Below, piece by piece: positions 1 through 9,787 of a DNA stretch of 64,000 nucleotides (position 1 is its first letter; the number at the start of each line of letters is the position of its first letter). The position numbers and the translations under genes were made by a program. The stretch spans positions 1 through 64,000 of the IMG/VR virus record IMGVR_UViG_3300046453_000081, one strand, 5' to 3'. This DNA comes from a virus. The notes beneath the pieces are model-generated. The model made no database searches. It had not been told where the DNA came from and saw only the letters and a list, made by a program, of their open reading frames with translations.

Positions 1-416
1 ATCTGAACAAACTTATCAGCGTAAATAAATGCGTACTTTGAGCCTTCAAACATTTCATTTTGAAAATCTGATTTAATGCCATACGCAATTATTGGAATAT
101 CTAGATTGTCCTTGATTTTGCAAAGTTGAATAATGTGTCTTTTGCTCAAGAAATTGACTTCATCTACTAAAACGATGTCAGGCAATCTTTCTTCTACTAT
201 ACTAAAAATATTAGTATCACTATATATAACTAAGTCTACCTTTCTTTCTCCTCCATCTCTAGACTTGATTACGTCAAAACCATCTCTATTATCAACAACA
301 GGTTTAATTACGAAAGAATCTAACCCATTATCAACCCTAAAATTAAAGTCTACTGCCAATAAATCCCTAGTTTTTGTAGATGCCATTGCCCCGAACTTAT
401 AAGTAAAATGTGCCAT
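1..416 (-). CDS. tdk: Thymidine kinase (runs off the left edge of the window)
   Basis: Not in the ORF track. Manual translation from ATG at 416 gives MAHFTYKFGAMASTKTRDLL...VIKPVVDNR...IKSRDG...VLVDESQFL...AYGIKSDFQNEMFEGS, matching TK motifs. Confidence 0.9.
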   Translation of the reverse strand, partial: MAHFTYKFGAMASTKTRDLLAVDFNFRVDNGLDSFVIKPVVDNRDGFDVIKSRDGGERKVDLVIYSDTNIFSIVEERLPDIVLVDEVNFLSKRHIIQLCKIKDNLDIPIIAYGIKSDFQNEMFEGSKYAFIYADKFVQ

Positions 417-1049
417 TTAATCATTTCCTTTGTATGCGAATTCATTAAAATATTTCTTCTCAGCTTCCAATCTCGCACTAAAAGCTTCTTGCTTATCTTT
501 AAAATAACCCAATACTATTCTTTGTTTATTAACATTTATAGATGAAATCCAACATTTATCTCTTTTACTGTACGAAACACCTCTTAAACCACTCTTATTG
601 TCTTTTCTATTAGATTTATTCATATTATTTTGACTGTTTGAACAAATTCTTAAATTTGACTTCATATTATTGAGAGTGTCGTGGTCTTCGTGGTCTACTG
701 TCATTTTTTCAGGACAATTTGTTAGGTATCTATGCAACAATAGGAATACCTTATTGTTTTTGCAAACAACATAACCATTCTTATCTAAATACCATTTATA
801 TTTTGTTGCTTTATCAATATCATCTTTATCTATTTTTGTTCTTCCTACTTCTTGGTTTTTTCGATTATACAAAACTATTTCCGCATAATCTTCATTTATC
901 AATACTTCATTTTTGTCTCTAATACTTCTTCCTATTTTTCCGTTATTGTATAGTTGTAAATAATGTTTTCTACATAGAAATTTGTTGAATCTTGCACTAT
1001 TTATTATTTTTGTTTCTTTCTCTGTAGTGCCACAAATATCGCATTTCAA
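417..1049 (-). CDS. Free-standing HNH endonuclease with C-terminal AP2-like DNA-binding domain
   Basis: LHRYL...VDHEDHDTLNNMKSNLRIC...QNNMN followed by SGLRGV...W...I...LGYF...EA. Confidence 0.85.
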   Translation of the reverse strand: MKCDICGTTEKETKIINSARFNKFLCRKHYLQLYNNGKIGRSIRDKNEVLINEDYAEIVLYNRKNQEVGRTKIDKDDIDKATKYKWYLDKNGYVVCKNNKVFLLLHRYLTNCPEKMTVDHEDHDTLNNMKSNLRICSNSQNNMNKSNRKDNKSGLRGVSYSKRDKCWISSINVNKQRIVLGYFKDKQEAFSARLEAEKKYFNEFAYKGND

Positions 1050-1087
1050 ATTATTACCTCACTTCTAAGGGAGTTAAATCACAACCT

Positions 1088-1306
1088 TCAATTAATTTTA
1101 TTTAATACTTGCTCATTTAGTCTGCACCAAAGTAAAAATGGTTCTTCATTATTTTTGAATTCAACATATCTAGCAAAATTATATACTTCTTTTAACAAGT
1201 TAATCTCATGGTCATCTAGTTTCCGTTTCCACTTGTCTTCCATGTATATAATTGCTTCGTTATAAAGGATTTGACCATACTCAGGAATATAGCTATTATC
1301 TACCAC
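1088..1306 (-). CDS. Hypothetical protein
   Basis: Minus-strand ORF with GGTGA-type RBS, co-oriented with neighbours. Confidence 0.6.
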   Translation of the reverse strand: MVDNSYIPEYGQILYNEAIIYMEDKWKRKLDDHEINLLKEVYNFARYVEFKNNEEPFLLWCRLNEQVLNKIN

Positions 1307-1425
1307 TTTAAATCACCAACCTTATTAGAATATTAACTTAATCCAACCAATAAAAGAAATCCACAAAAGTATACTTAACAATGTCCCCCACACCCAACCC
1401 TTAAAGAACTTGTTGCCCACTTTTT

Positions 1426-1836
1426 CTATCTAATTCCTTTAAATTTATCAAGTTGTTCAATAAGGCTATCGTAATCTTTTTCAGTCAATCCCCCTGCATC
1501 ATCAAGAGCATTAATCATATTCTCTAACATGTCTTCAAGCGTATCATTTTTTTCTTCTTGGGTAACATCATATGTCAATCGTCCATCCCAATTGTTCAAA
1601 TCATCAATCAAATCTATCGGATTTTCTATCTTATTTATTAATTTCTTAATTATATCTATCACTTCACTGGCTTTTGTGTCTTTATTGAATCCAAAAACAC
1701 CCCTGTATAGCACATTTTCCTCCTTGTTCGATACAGGTTCGTAATATTCAATAGAGCAATAATAACTATTTTCATCAAAATCAAAAGTAACTTTATAGTT
1801 ATTTTTCTTTGTGACTACTTCTTTGATAATTATCAT
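1426..1836 (-). CDS. Hypothetical protein
   Basis: 136-aa ORF with GGAGG RBS. Confidence 0.7.
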   Translation of the reverse strand: MIIIKEVVTKKNNYKVTFDFDENSYYCSIEYYEPVSNKEENVLYRGVFGFNKDTKASEVIDIIKKLINKIENPIDLIDDLNNWDGRLTYDVTQEEKNDTLEDMLENMINALDDAGGLTEKDYDSLIEQLDKFKGIR

Positions 1837-1853
1837 ATTAACCCCTCCGTTTT

Positions 1854-3275
1854 TTAATAGCCTGAAACAACCAATTGTAGCTTGTCAGCCCACTTACTTA
1901 TAAAGTTCATTTCTTCTTTTAGTGCATTTCTGTTCTGTTTACCCCTTATTTGTCGTATGTATTTATTATCTCTCACTTCTATTGTAAGCAATGATTCATC
2001 TAATTGTTTAGTAGGTCGCATAAAGATAATTTTACATCTTTCTTTAATGATGTCGTTCACATATGAAGCAACACAATGACTTAGCGATTCTCCCTCTCGG
2101 ATTACATCATTTGGTTCTTTTGGCAAAATGATTGAGTAAACTTTATCCCTGAATGCAAGTTTTGAGTAATCTTCTTTTGTTACAGCTTTTTCGAATTCTG
2201 CTCGTTTTTTTTCGTCCTGCATTGTTTTATAATTCAATAAAATAATATCGTGTTCTTTTTTCAGTGACTTTGGATATTTCTCAAATTTAACCTTCATCTC
2301 TACACTCATTCTCACATAATCTCGCAATACTGTAATTGCGTTACTTGGTTTATCAATTCCTTGCTGTAGCTTTACTTCTCTTGCCAAATAAAGTACTAAT
2401 TTTTTCAAATCTTTGTATCCATATTCCTTATATAATTGCATTAATATATCATACATACTAAATATTTGAGATACATTACTTTCTTCATCAAGAATGGTCA
2501 AGACGCTTTTCAGGTTATTGCCATTGATAAGCTTATCTAATTTGTTCAACTTCTCAGCATAGTAATCGCTTAGAACGTCCGCCTTCATTAGATATTTCAC
2601 CAAATATTTCGGAACACCAATCATTTTATATGGTCTTGTTTCAGACTTATTAAGGTAGCCCATATTATTCCAAATGGTTGATGGACTGAATCCACAATAA
2701 TATAATATTTCAAGAAATGGTGCATTTATTATTGTTTGAAAACCTCTGTGAACTCTTTGGGTTTTTTCCTTCTTTGTTTTTCCGAATTGATTCAAGCCGA
2801 ATGAGAATAAGTCCTTATTTCTTTCAGTTGAAACTAGGCTGATGAATCCCCTTGGATTATTGATATTTTTAGAAAACAATTCTAAATTATCATTATTCGC
2901 TTCTATCTCTACATTGTTTTCATCGAATAATTTAATAAATCTATTTTTTAAATCCACTTTCAATTGCATTGTCTTTCCTGCAACTAATTCTTTAATTCTT
3001 TTCCCATCATCAATTAATGCTGTGATTTCTGTTTTTTTAACATGAAAATAGGTATCATTTTTTTCAATCAATTCAATCATTGAATCTATTAATGTCCTTT
3101 TCTTGGGAATCGTGTAAACTTCTTTAAAATTGCTATTATTACACACTGAACAGGTTAAAGTCTGACCTCTTTCAATTCTAAATGTATTCCCACAACCACA
3201 AAGCACATCTTTTGTTGACCAATAGCTACTTGTTCGTTTATAAATTCCTGTTTTAAAGTCTGTCTTGTTCGACAT
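1854..3275 (-). CDS. PcfJ-like domain protein
   Basis: C-terminal LRDY..M...YPKSLKKEHD...EGESLSHCVASY...TIEV...QIRG..N; N-terminal Cys pairs (CGC, CSVC). Confidence 0.8.
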   Translation of the reverse strand: MSNKTDFKTGIYKRTSSYWSTKDVLCGCGNTFRIERGQTLTCSVCNNSNFKEVYTIPKKRTLIDSMIELIEKNDTYFHVKKTEITALIDDGKRIKELVAGKTMQLKVDLKNRFIKLFDENNVEIEANNDNLELFSKNINNPRGFISLVSTERNKDLFSFGLNQFGKTKKEKTQRVHRGFQTIINAPFLEILYYCGFSPSTIWNNMGYLNKSETRPYKMIGVPKYLVKYLMKADVLSDYYAEKLNKLDKLINGNNLKSVLTILDEESNVSQIFSMYDILMQLYKEYGYKDLKKLVLYLAREVKLQQGIDKPSNAITVLRDYVRMSVEMKVKFEKYPKSLKKEHDIILLNYKTMQDEKKRAEFEKAVTKEDYSKLAFRDKVYSIILPKEPNDVIREGESLSHCVASYVNDIIKERCKIIFMRPTKQLDESLLTIEVRDNKYIRQIRGKQNRNALKEEMNFISKWADKLQLVVSGY

Positions 3276-3292
3276 GTCTCATAAATACCCCC

Positions 3293-3748
3293 TTATATTT
3301 TTTCGTTTTTTATCAATTCTCTAATTTTCATTAACCTTGAACAAAACTCGTTCTTAGTTAGAATTGTTTCTGTAATTTTATTTTTGCCAAGTGAATGATT
3401 GATTTTTGCACTACCTGTTGCGAGTAATGCTTTGCGAAAACCTACATTCTCCGCAAGTGCCAAGTAAGCCCTGTCTAAGAGTTCTTGATACTCTTGACTT
3501 TCTCTACCGTAGGTCTTACCCTTCCAGTACAGCTTTTGCTTTACCCACCACTTTTTTTTCCTACCCTTACTTTTTGCTTGAATTCCTACAAGCGTACAAA
3601 CATATTCTTGAAAAGATGGATTCTCATATTTGAAAGATTGAAGTAATCCTTCCATGCTATTACATTTTACCCCATCAAATTCAAATGGATGTGGCGCAAA
3701 GTTTGAGAGAGAACTTGCGGGATAACCGCAACCACTTTTTACGTTCAT
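3293..3748 (-). CDS. NADAR-family protein similar to T4 gp30.3 (putative ADP-ribosyl hydrolase)
   Basis: LSNFAPHPFEFDG...EGLLQSFK...LYWKG...GFRKALLAT...TILTKNEF; likely start at MNVKSG (3748). Confidence 0.8.
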   Translation of the reverse strand: MNVKSGCGYPASSLSNFAPHPFEFDGVKCNSMEGLLQSFKYENPSFQEYVCTLVGIQAKSKGRKKKWWVKQKLYWKGKTYGRESQEYQELLDRAYLALAENVGFRKALLATGSAKINHSLGKNKITETILTKNEFCSRLMKIRELIKNEKI

Positions 3749-3767
3749 GTTTTTCCCAACCTTTAAT

Positions 3768-4583
3768 TTATTTATCACCTGTTTTAATTTCATCAATAAT
3801 TTTGTTTTTTATAATATCTTGCGATATTGATATGAATGTATCTTTGATTGAGTAATCAATTCTTTTTTCATTAATTGAGGATAAAATTTCATCTTTTTCT
3901 TCTTTTGCATCTTCTAGAACAGACTTCGCAAATCCTTTGGCATAATCTAAATCAAATTTGTTTAATTTTAAATTTAACAAAAAACCAATCTCATTAGTTC
4001 TAGGTAAAAAACAGTCTTTCAAAGGTTTCTTTATTCTGTAATAGTCAACCATCACTAACCATAATCTATACAAATGATGAACCTGTTTTCCACAATAACC
4101 AAATTCTTCAATCTTGTGAGCGATAGAAGGATAAGGATGACACATTGCTTTTTCTTTTTCACACATCATTCCATAAATGCTTCTAACAAATTGTGCAGAT
4201 AACGCTTCCATTAATTTATCTCTCAGTTTAAATATTTTATTAAACTCATTGATAAATTTATCATCTACAATACAATGATTTGTATAAATAGTTTCTACGT
4301 ATGCAGGATTAGCTTTTAACAGTGTTTGAAAGTAAGTCCTAATATCTTTTATGTCGCACTGACCCCATTCTGTATCTACTACAACTGAAACAGGCTTACT
4401 ATTTCTAACTAAATCATCCAATGTTGGTACAATGATAGCTTTCATATCTATATCAGACTGATATTCTTCTGTATAAATATCTAATCCATAGTTTTGTGAG
4501 CCATATACCGCCAAGTAGCAAACCGTATATCCTTGAGATTCTAGTATTTGCTTCTGTTTTTTCAAACATTCTCTTAAAATCAT
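3768..4583 (-). CDS. Predicted Pol-beta-superfamily nucleotidyltransferase (T4 NrdC.11-like)
   Basis: YGSQNYGLD...SDIDMKAIIVP, LLKANP, KQVHHLYRL. Confidence 0.75.
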   Translation of the reverse strand: MILRECLKKQKQILESQGYTVCYLAVYGSQNYGLDIYTEEYQSDIDMKAIIVPTLDDLVRNSKPVSVVVDTEWGQCDIKDIRTYFQTLLKANPAYVETIYTNHCIVDDKFINEFNKIFKLRDKLMEALSAQFVRSIYGMMCEKEKAMCHPYPSIAHKIEEFGYCGKQVHHLYRLWLVMVDYYRIKKPLKDCFLPRTNEIGFLLNLKLNKFDLDYAKGFAKSVLEDAKEEKDEILSSINEKRIDYSIKDTFISISQDIIKNKIIDEIKTGDK

Positions 4584-4601
4584 TATTACACCTCTCTAAA
4601 T

Positions 4602-5123
4602 TTAGTTATCAATTCGTTGTTTGTTTTGTATTTTTATGATTAGTGGGTTATTGTGAATGAGGTTAGAATTGTTGAAGTGTTTACCCACAAATTCGATTAA
4701 TTCTTGTTTGTCGTAAAACTTTTGAAATGTATTTTTTGTTGTTATTACTCCATCATTATATTTAACACTTGTTTTTAGGCTTTTGAATTCACTTTGATGC
4801 CTAACAGTTATGTAAGCACAACCATTATCTTTAAGTAATTCTTTAATATGCATCAATACTGCTACTCTTTCATCTATAGTTGGTATGACATTTAAAACAT
4901 AATTACAAATGATAGTGTCATATTTGATACTTAAATCAGCGTCACTATCAAAGAACTTATCATAATTATAAATCTCGTAATCCTCAAGTCTTAGTAATTC
5001 TGTATCTTCTCCATGTCCTGAGCCATAATTGAGAATCATCCCTTTTAATTCATGCTTATATAGTTGAACAGGTTTACTTAGTTTTTTTCTACGAATTGCT
5101 GTCTTCCATGATTCAATTGTCAA
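4602..5123 (-). CDS. Class I SAM-dependent methyltransferase resembling the DNA phosphorothioation-associated putative methyltransferase domain
   Basis: KTAIRRKKLSKP, LNYGSGHGED, YVLNVI...ER, DGVITTKNTFQKFYDKQEL. Confidence 0.75.
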   Translation of the reverse strand: MTIESWKTAIRRKKLSKPVQLYKHELKGMILNYGSGHGEDTELLRLEDYEIYNYDKFFDSDADLSIKYDTIICNYVLNVIPTIDERVAVLMHIKELLKDNGCAYITVRHQSEFKSLKTSVKYNDGVITTKNTFQKFYDKQELIEFVGKHFNNSNLIHNNPLIIKIQNKQRIDN

Positions 5124-5199
5124 TAATAATCACACCCAATATATTACAATAAAATACAAGAGAGAAAACGTAGTTATCACCCTTGCATCATTCATTTGT

Positions 5200-5448
5200 T
5201 TATTTAAATATTTTTTTATTCCAAATTTTACTAATTGTTTTATTGCTTAATTTTTCTTTTAAATACAGTACTGCCCAAATAAGTATAATAATTACTACCA
5301 TTATAAGGGTTGCAGGAAGAAATACTATCCCGCAAAAGATGTGTTTGACAGCAACTCCTTCATCAATATCACCCATTACTGGTTCAACACCAAATGCCAT
5401 AAATAATAAATTTGCAAAAACATAAACAAGGACTAGAATCGCTATCAC
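5200..5448 (-). CDS. Small membrane protein
   Basis: Two hydrophobic segments and a basic tail. Confidence 0.6.
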   Translation of the reverse strand: MIAILVLVYVFANLLFMAFGVEPVMGDIDEGVAVKHIFCGIVFLPATLIMVVIIILIWAVLYLKEKLSNKTISKIWNKKIFK

Positions 5449-5499
5449 AGTATCACTTCTCCATTCGGTTATATTTTATTTGTTTTTTTCTATACTACT

Positions 5500-5528
5500 A
5501 ATATATCATTTTATTTATCACTTGTCTA
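5500..5528 (-). promoter_or_regulatory. SigA-like promoter containing the repeated GTGATAAATAAAAT motif
   Basis: TAGACA-agtgataaataaaatga(17)-TATATT on the minus strand. Confidence 0.6.
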
Positions 5529-5535
5529 TGAATTT

Positions 5536-6021
5536 TTAATAATATAGTACAATTTTATTTTTTTCTAGACTTCTTTTCACATCTATTATTCTTTGGTTCG
5601 AACTGCCCTTATACAGTAAGGACAAGTCCCTCTTATCAAGTTCGAATCTACCGTCCACTAATACATCAATGTATTGTAATAGGTCTTTATGATTCTGATT
5701 TTTCAGTAATTGTTCAAACTCAAATCCAGTAAAACTCCATATATTTTTACCAATCTCCTTTAATTGCTTCGCCAAAACAATTAAATCTTTTGATTGAATA
5801 AAGGGTTCACCGCCACTAAAAGTGATGTCTGTAAGTTTATTTTTGTTTATTTCTTCCAGTATTTCCTCAATAGACATTTCTGTTCCATTGTTGTAGTCCC
5901 AAGACTGTGGATTATGACAGCCACGTTATCGACAGTGGTGAGGACAGCCACTGAAAAAAATCACGCTCCTTAAACCTTTACCATCAACGATACTATCATG
6001 AATAATATTCATTACCTTCAT
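5536..6021 (-). pseudogene. nrdG: Anaerobic RNR activating protein NrdG with an in-frame TAA (5926-5928) inside the radical SAM motif
   Basis: From ATG at 6021: MKVMNIIHDSIVDGKGLRSVIFFSGCPHHCR*RGCHNPQSWD, continuing in frame into the track ORF (TFSGGEPF, DVLVDGRF, GSSNQR). Confidence 0.85.
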
Positions 6022-6059
6022 AAAAATCACCCTGTTCTTTCAATTTATATTTAAATAAA

Positions 6060-6090
6060 TGAGGTGAAAATAATCAATATTTTCACCTCA
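6060..6090. terminator. Stem-loop between nrdD and nrdG
   Basis: TGAGGTGAAAATA-atcaa-TATTTTCACCTCA perfect inverted repeat. Confidence 0.55.
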
Positions 6091-6099
6091 AATTCCAAC

Positions 6100-7938
6100 T
6101 TACTTAACTTTATGAACCCTTCGCTCACGTTCTTCAGCCTGTTTTGCCTTGTTCCATTTATTTAAGCTTCCAACCAAATATCCAGTAATTCTGCGGATTT
6201 TTTCAATCTTTGTTTCGTCTTTGTTTCCGCACTTAGGACACTCGTTATCTATGATGCCTTGATACTTACAGCATAAGCAACGGTCTACTGGATGATTGAT
6301 TGAACCATAGCCAATGTTATTTTTACGCATTGCTCTAACAAGCACATCTAACGCTTCTATGTTCTTACTAGCATCACCGTCTAGCTCAATGTATGTAATG
6401 TGTCCTGCATTAGTCATTTCATGAAATGGTGCTTCAATCTCAATCTTGTCCAATGCTCTAATTTTATGATAAACAGGAACATGATAGCTATTAGTAAAGT
6501 ATTCTCTGTCTGTTACACCTTCGATAACACCATGTTTCGCTTTAGTTGATTTCAAAGCTTTTCCTGCAAATGATTCAGCAGGAGTGGCAAGCAATGAATA
6601 GTTTAATTGATAATCTATTATTGCCTTGTCTGCCTTATCTCTAAGGAACTGAACAATTTCATAACCAAGCTTTCTAGCTTTATCATCTTCGCCATGATGC
6701 TTACCTACAAGTTGAACCAATGTTTCTGCCAATCCTACAAATCCAATTGACAACGTTCCCTGTTTAAGAATTTCACCCAACTTTTCAAATGGGTCTAATT
6801 CTTCACCATTCCACCATAAGCCTTGGCTGTATAAGAATTTAAAGTTTAGTAATGTTTTTTCTGATTGATACAAGTATCTCTCATGTAATTGTTTAATTGT
6901 CAGGTCTGTATAATGGTTCAACTTTGTCCAAAACTCTTCAATAGAATCTGATTCAATTGCGATTAGTGGAAGATTGATAGATGAAAATGATATATTCCCT
7001 CTACCTACTGGTGTTTGTTGACCATGAATATTCCCAATAACCCTTGTTCTACAGCCCATAGTTGCGATTTCTGACTCTTTTGTACCATCATAATATTGCA
7101 AATTGAAAGGTGCATCAATAAAGACATAATTAGGGAACAGACGTTTTGAAGTTGTTTCTAATGACAATTTATACAAGTCATAGTTAACGTCATCTTTATT
7201 GAAGTTAATGCCATCCTTAACCTTAAAAACAATGATAGGGAAAATTGGTGTTTCACCATCGCCTAAACCTTTTTGAGTTGCAAGTAGAATATTCTTTGTA
7301 ACTAATCTACCTTCTCTAGAAGTATCTGTCCCAAGATTAATAGAGATAAATGGTGTCTGACTCCCACCTCTACTATGCATAGAGTTCGAATTATGTATGA
7401 AGGCTTCGCTTGCTTGATAAACGTCTTTGTCTGTTAATTCCCATGCACGTTCTTCCGCATTGTCTACACCAAATGATTCTAGCATTTTAAGGTTCTTTTT
7501 ATATGTGCTAGTTACGTATGGTGCTAAATCGTAATCAAAACATGGAATAGACTGACCACCATGTTGCATATTTTGATTACTTTGTAAGATAATGCTAGTT
7601 AGTGCCATTGCACTCATGATGTGTTTTGGTTCTCGCATATGTCCATGCCCTGTGTTAAATCCATTCTTTAATACTTTTGCCAAAGGAATTTGGAGACATG
7701 TACTAGTACCTGTAGCATAGAAATCTAAGTCATGGATATGAACATACCCACTCTTGTATGCTTCTCTTACATCGTCTGATAGCAAATTTTCAATTGCATA
7801 ATGCTTTGATGATGTACCCGCAAATAAACTCATGATTCCCATTGGTGACATGCCATCTGTATTTGCATTTTCCTGAATTAAATCCTGATTGCTACTGTCT
7901 ACGATTTCCTTAAACTGTTGATAAAGATTATTTTCCAT
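6100..7938 (-). CDS. nrdD: Anaerobic (class III) ribonucleoside-triphosphate reductase, no ATP cone
   Basis: ENAN, HIHDLD, MGCRT, ATPAES, YFTNSYH, CxxC...CxxC zinc site, glycyl-radical motif RRITGYL. Confidence 0.95.
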   Translation of the reverse strand: MENNLYQQFKEIVDSSNQDLIQENANTDGMSPMGIMSLFAGTSSKHYAIENLLSDDVREAYKSGYVHIHDLDFYATGTSTCLQIPLAKVLKNGFNTGHGHMREPKHIMSAMALTSIILQSNQNMQHGGQSIPCFDYDLAPYVTSTYKKNLKMLESFGVDNAEERAWELTDKDVYQASEAFIHNSNSMHSRGGSQTPFISINLGTDTSREGRLVTKNILLATQKGLGDGETPIFPIIVFKVKDGINFNKDDVNYDLYKLSLETTSKRLFPNYVFIDAPFNLQYYDGTKESEIATMGCRTRVIGNIHGQQTPVGRGNISFSSINLPLIAIESDSIEEFWTKLNHYTDLTIKQLHERYLYQSEKTLLNFKFLYSQGLWWNGEELDPFEKLGEILKQGTLSIGFVGLAETLVQLVGKHHGEDDKARKLGYEIVQFLRDKADKAIIDYQLNYSLLATPAESFAGKALKSTKAKHGVIEGVTDREYFTNSYHVPVYHKIRALDKIEIEAPFHEMTNAGHITYIELDGDASKNIEALDVLVRAMRKNNIGYGSINHPVDRCLCCKYQGIIDNECPKCGNKDETKIEKIRRITGYLVGSLNKWNKAKQAEERERRVHKVK

Positions 7939-7969
7939 TTGTGTAAAACCCCTTCGATTGTCATAATTT

Positions 7970-8446
7970 TTATCCTTTCGCCCTATATCTCATTATTGAA
8001 AAATATGGTAAAGACTCTAAGTTGTGATTAACTAATTCATATACTTGCCACTTGCTAGAATCAATATTTGGAAAATATGAATCTGCATCATGACAAGATT
8101 CTGCAATAGATGTTACTATTAATTCATCTGCATATGGCATAAATAATTCATATATCTGCTGACCACCAATGATAAATACATCATCTTTCAACTTCAATAT
8201 GTCATTTATGTCATTTGTTTGATAGCAACCTTTAATGTCACTATTAATACTTCTTGATAAAACTATGTTCTTCCTATTAGGCAAAGGCTTTCCAATACTC
8301 TCATAGGTTTTTCTTCCCATTACTATCGTTTTACCTGTAGTGGTTTTCTTAAAATGCTTTAAGTCTTCAGGAATTTTCCATAGCAATTGATTGTCCTTAC
8401 CAATCTCATTATTCATACCAATTGCAACAATCATAGAAATTGTCAT
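7970..8446 (-). CDS. dfrA: Dihydrofolate reductase
   Basis: IGKDNQLLWKIPEDLKHFK...VMGRKTYESIGKPLPNRKNIVLS, IIGGQQIY, DSYFP. Confidence 0.95.
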   Translation of the reverse strand: MTISMIVAIGMNNEIGKDNQLLWKIPEDLKHFKKTTTGKTIVMGRKTYESIGKPLPNRKNIVLSRSINSDIKGCYQTNDINDILKLKDDVFIIGGQQIYELFMPYADELIVTSIAESCHDADSYFPNIDSSKWQVYELVNHNLESLPYFSIMRYRAKG

Positions 8447-9258
8447 CAGATAGCAACCTCAATTCCTTTAATTTGCGAATGCGGGTTATAGCCCTCTAAT
8501 TTAAAATCGTCTACAGTGAAGTCGTAAAAATTCTTTACGTCATGATTAATGATTAACTTTGGTGCTTGTCTAGGCTCTCTGTCTAGTAGTTCTTGAACAT
8601 ATTGTTGATGCTTATTGTATATATGCATATCTTGAACAAAGTGTGCAAACGTACCAACCTCTAATCCACAATGTCCAGCAATCATGTGTGTTAGAATGGC
8701 ATAACCTACAACATTCCAGTTGTTTGCAGTGATGAAATCATTTGAACGCTGTAATAAAGTTAAGTTAACTTTATTATCCTTTACACTAATATGAGTACCA
8801 TAGGCACACTCAATAAGATTCTTTTTAAGCATATCTTCAACATTAAACATGTTGGTCATGATTCTTCTAGATGTTGGATTAGATTGAATAGTCCCTAGAA
8901 CATAATCAATTTGATTCATGAATCCCATCATAGGTTTACTAATTTGATATGCATATGCAAGACCAATAGAACCATTTTCGTCAGCCCATGAATTCCATAT
9001 ATTAGGCTTTAAGTCATTTATGTTGTTAGATTGCCTTTGGAATATCCATAAGATTTCAGCTATTATACTTTTCAATAGTACAGGTCTAATATTTGAAGCA
9101 GGAAACTCTTTAGACAAGTCATACTTATTCATAACTTGTAGTATACGTTTTGTTTTGGGTTTTTCTCCATTCTCCCATACAGCACGATTATCAATTTCCC
9201 ATTCTTGTTCATTAATTTCCATTAAATTCTCTCTGAAGATTATATCTGCTCTAGACAC
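8446..9258 (-). CDS. thyA: Thymidylate synthase (Bacillus/Clostridium ThyA type)
   Basis: EILWIFQ, IWNSWADENGSIG.AY, SRRI, ECAY, QRSND...N, DMHIYNKH; overlaps the DHFR start. Confidence 0.92.
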   Translation of the reverse strand: MSRADIIFRENLMEINEQEWEIDNRAVWENGEKPKTKRILQVMNKYDLSKEFPASNIRPVLLKSIIAEILWIFQRQSNNINDLKPNIWNSWADENGSIGLAYAYQISKPMMGFMNQIDYVLGTIQSNPTSRRIMTNMFNVEDMLKKNLIECAYGTHISVKDNKVNLTLLQRSNDFITANNWNVVGYAILTHMIAGHCGLEVGTFAHFVQDMHIYNKHQQYVQELLDREPRQAPKLIINHDVKNFYDFTVDDFKLEGYNPHSQIKGIEVAI

Positions 9259-9291
9259 GATTACACTCCTTCAAAACCAACTCTTGTCAAA

Positions 9292-9762
9292 TTAGCTTAA
9301 CTTATAAAATAAATCGAATTTTTTACCTCTTATCAAAATATCATTATTTCTTATAATTTCAATTTGATAATTGCTAGTGCGAAAGTGATAGTAATCCCTA
9401 GTAGAAGCTATCTTTAATATGTTATCAGTTCCAATTAGATTGATAAACATATCGCCAATAAGTTGAATTGATAAGTCCGTTGCAATCAATAACTTTATGG
9501 GTTCAACATTAGCATTCTTCTTTTTCTTAACTAACTTTAATTCATCTTGAACCAAACTGACTGTTCTTAGAATTTCACTTTTTGATTTGATGTGTGTTGG
9601 GTCAGCAATCGCATAACTATATTGCAAATCCAATAATGCCCTCACATTAAATTCCTTGATAAATGGAATTTCAAATTCATCTTTCCACTTCTCCAACTCT
9701 CGCTCTACATACTCTTTTCTAGTAATCGCTCTCTCACTCTTATCATTCAAAATCTCAGTCAT
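9292..9762 (-). CDS. Hypothetical protein
   Basis: 156-aa ORF with GAGGAG RBS. Confidence 0.65.
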   Translation of the reverse strand: MTEILNDKSERAITRKEYVERELEKWKDEFEIPFIKEFNVRALLDLQYSYAIADPTHIKSKSEILRTVSLVQDELKLVKKKKNANVEPIKLLIATDLSIQLIGDMFINLIGTDNILKIASTRDYYHFRTSNYQIEIIRNNDILIRGKKFDLFYKLS

Positions 9763-9787
9763 TCAAAATCTCTCCTCTACTAATATA

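Noticed and set aside
133-402. Plus-strand ORF, and the many similar plus-strand ORFs in the track
   Set aside because: They lie antisense to well-supported minus-strand genes (here tdk) and have typical shadow-ORF composition. Only 50916-51287 is credible.
5926-5928. Genome-wide stop-codon reassignment as an explanation for the nrdG TAA
   Set aside because: TAA, TAG and TGA all terminate other genes normally, and recoding would not restore the Cys spacing.
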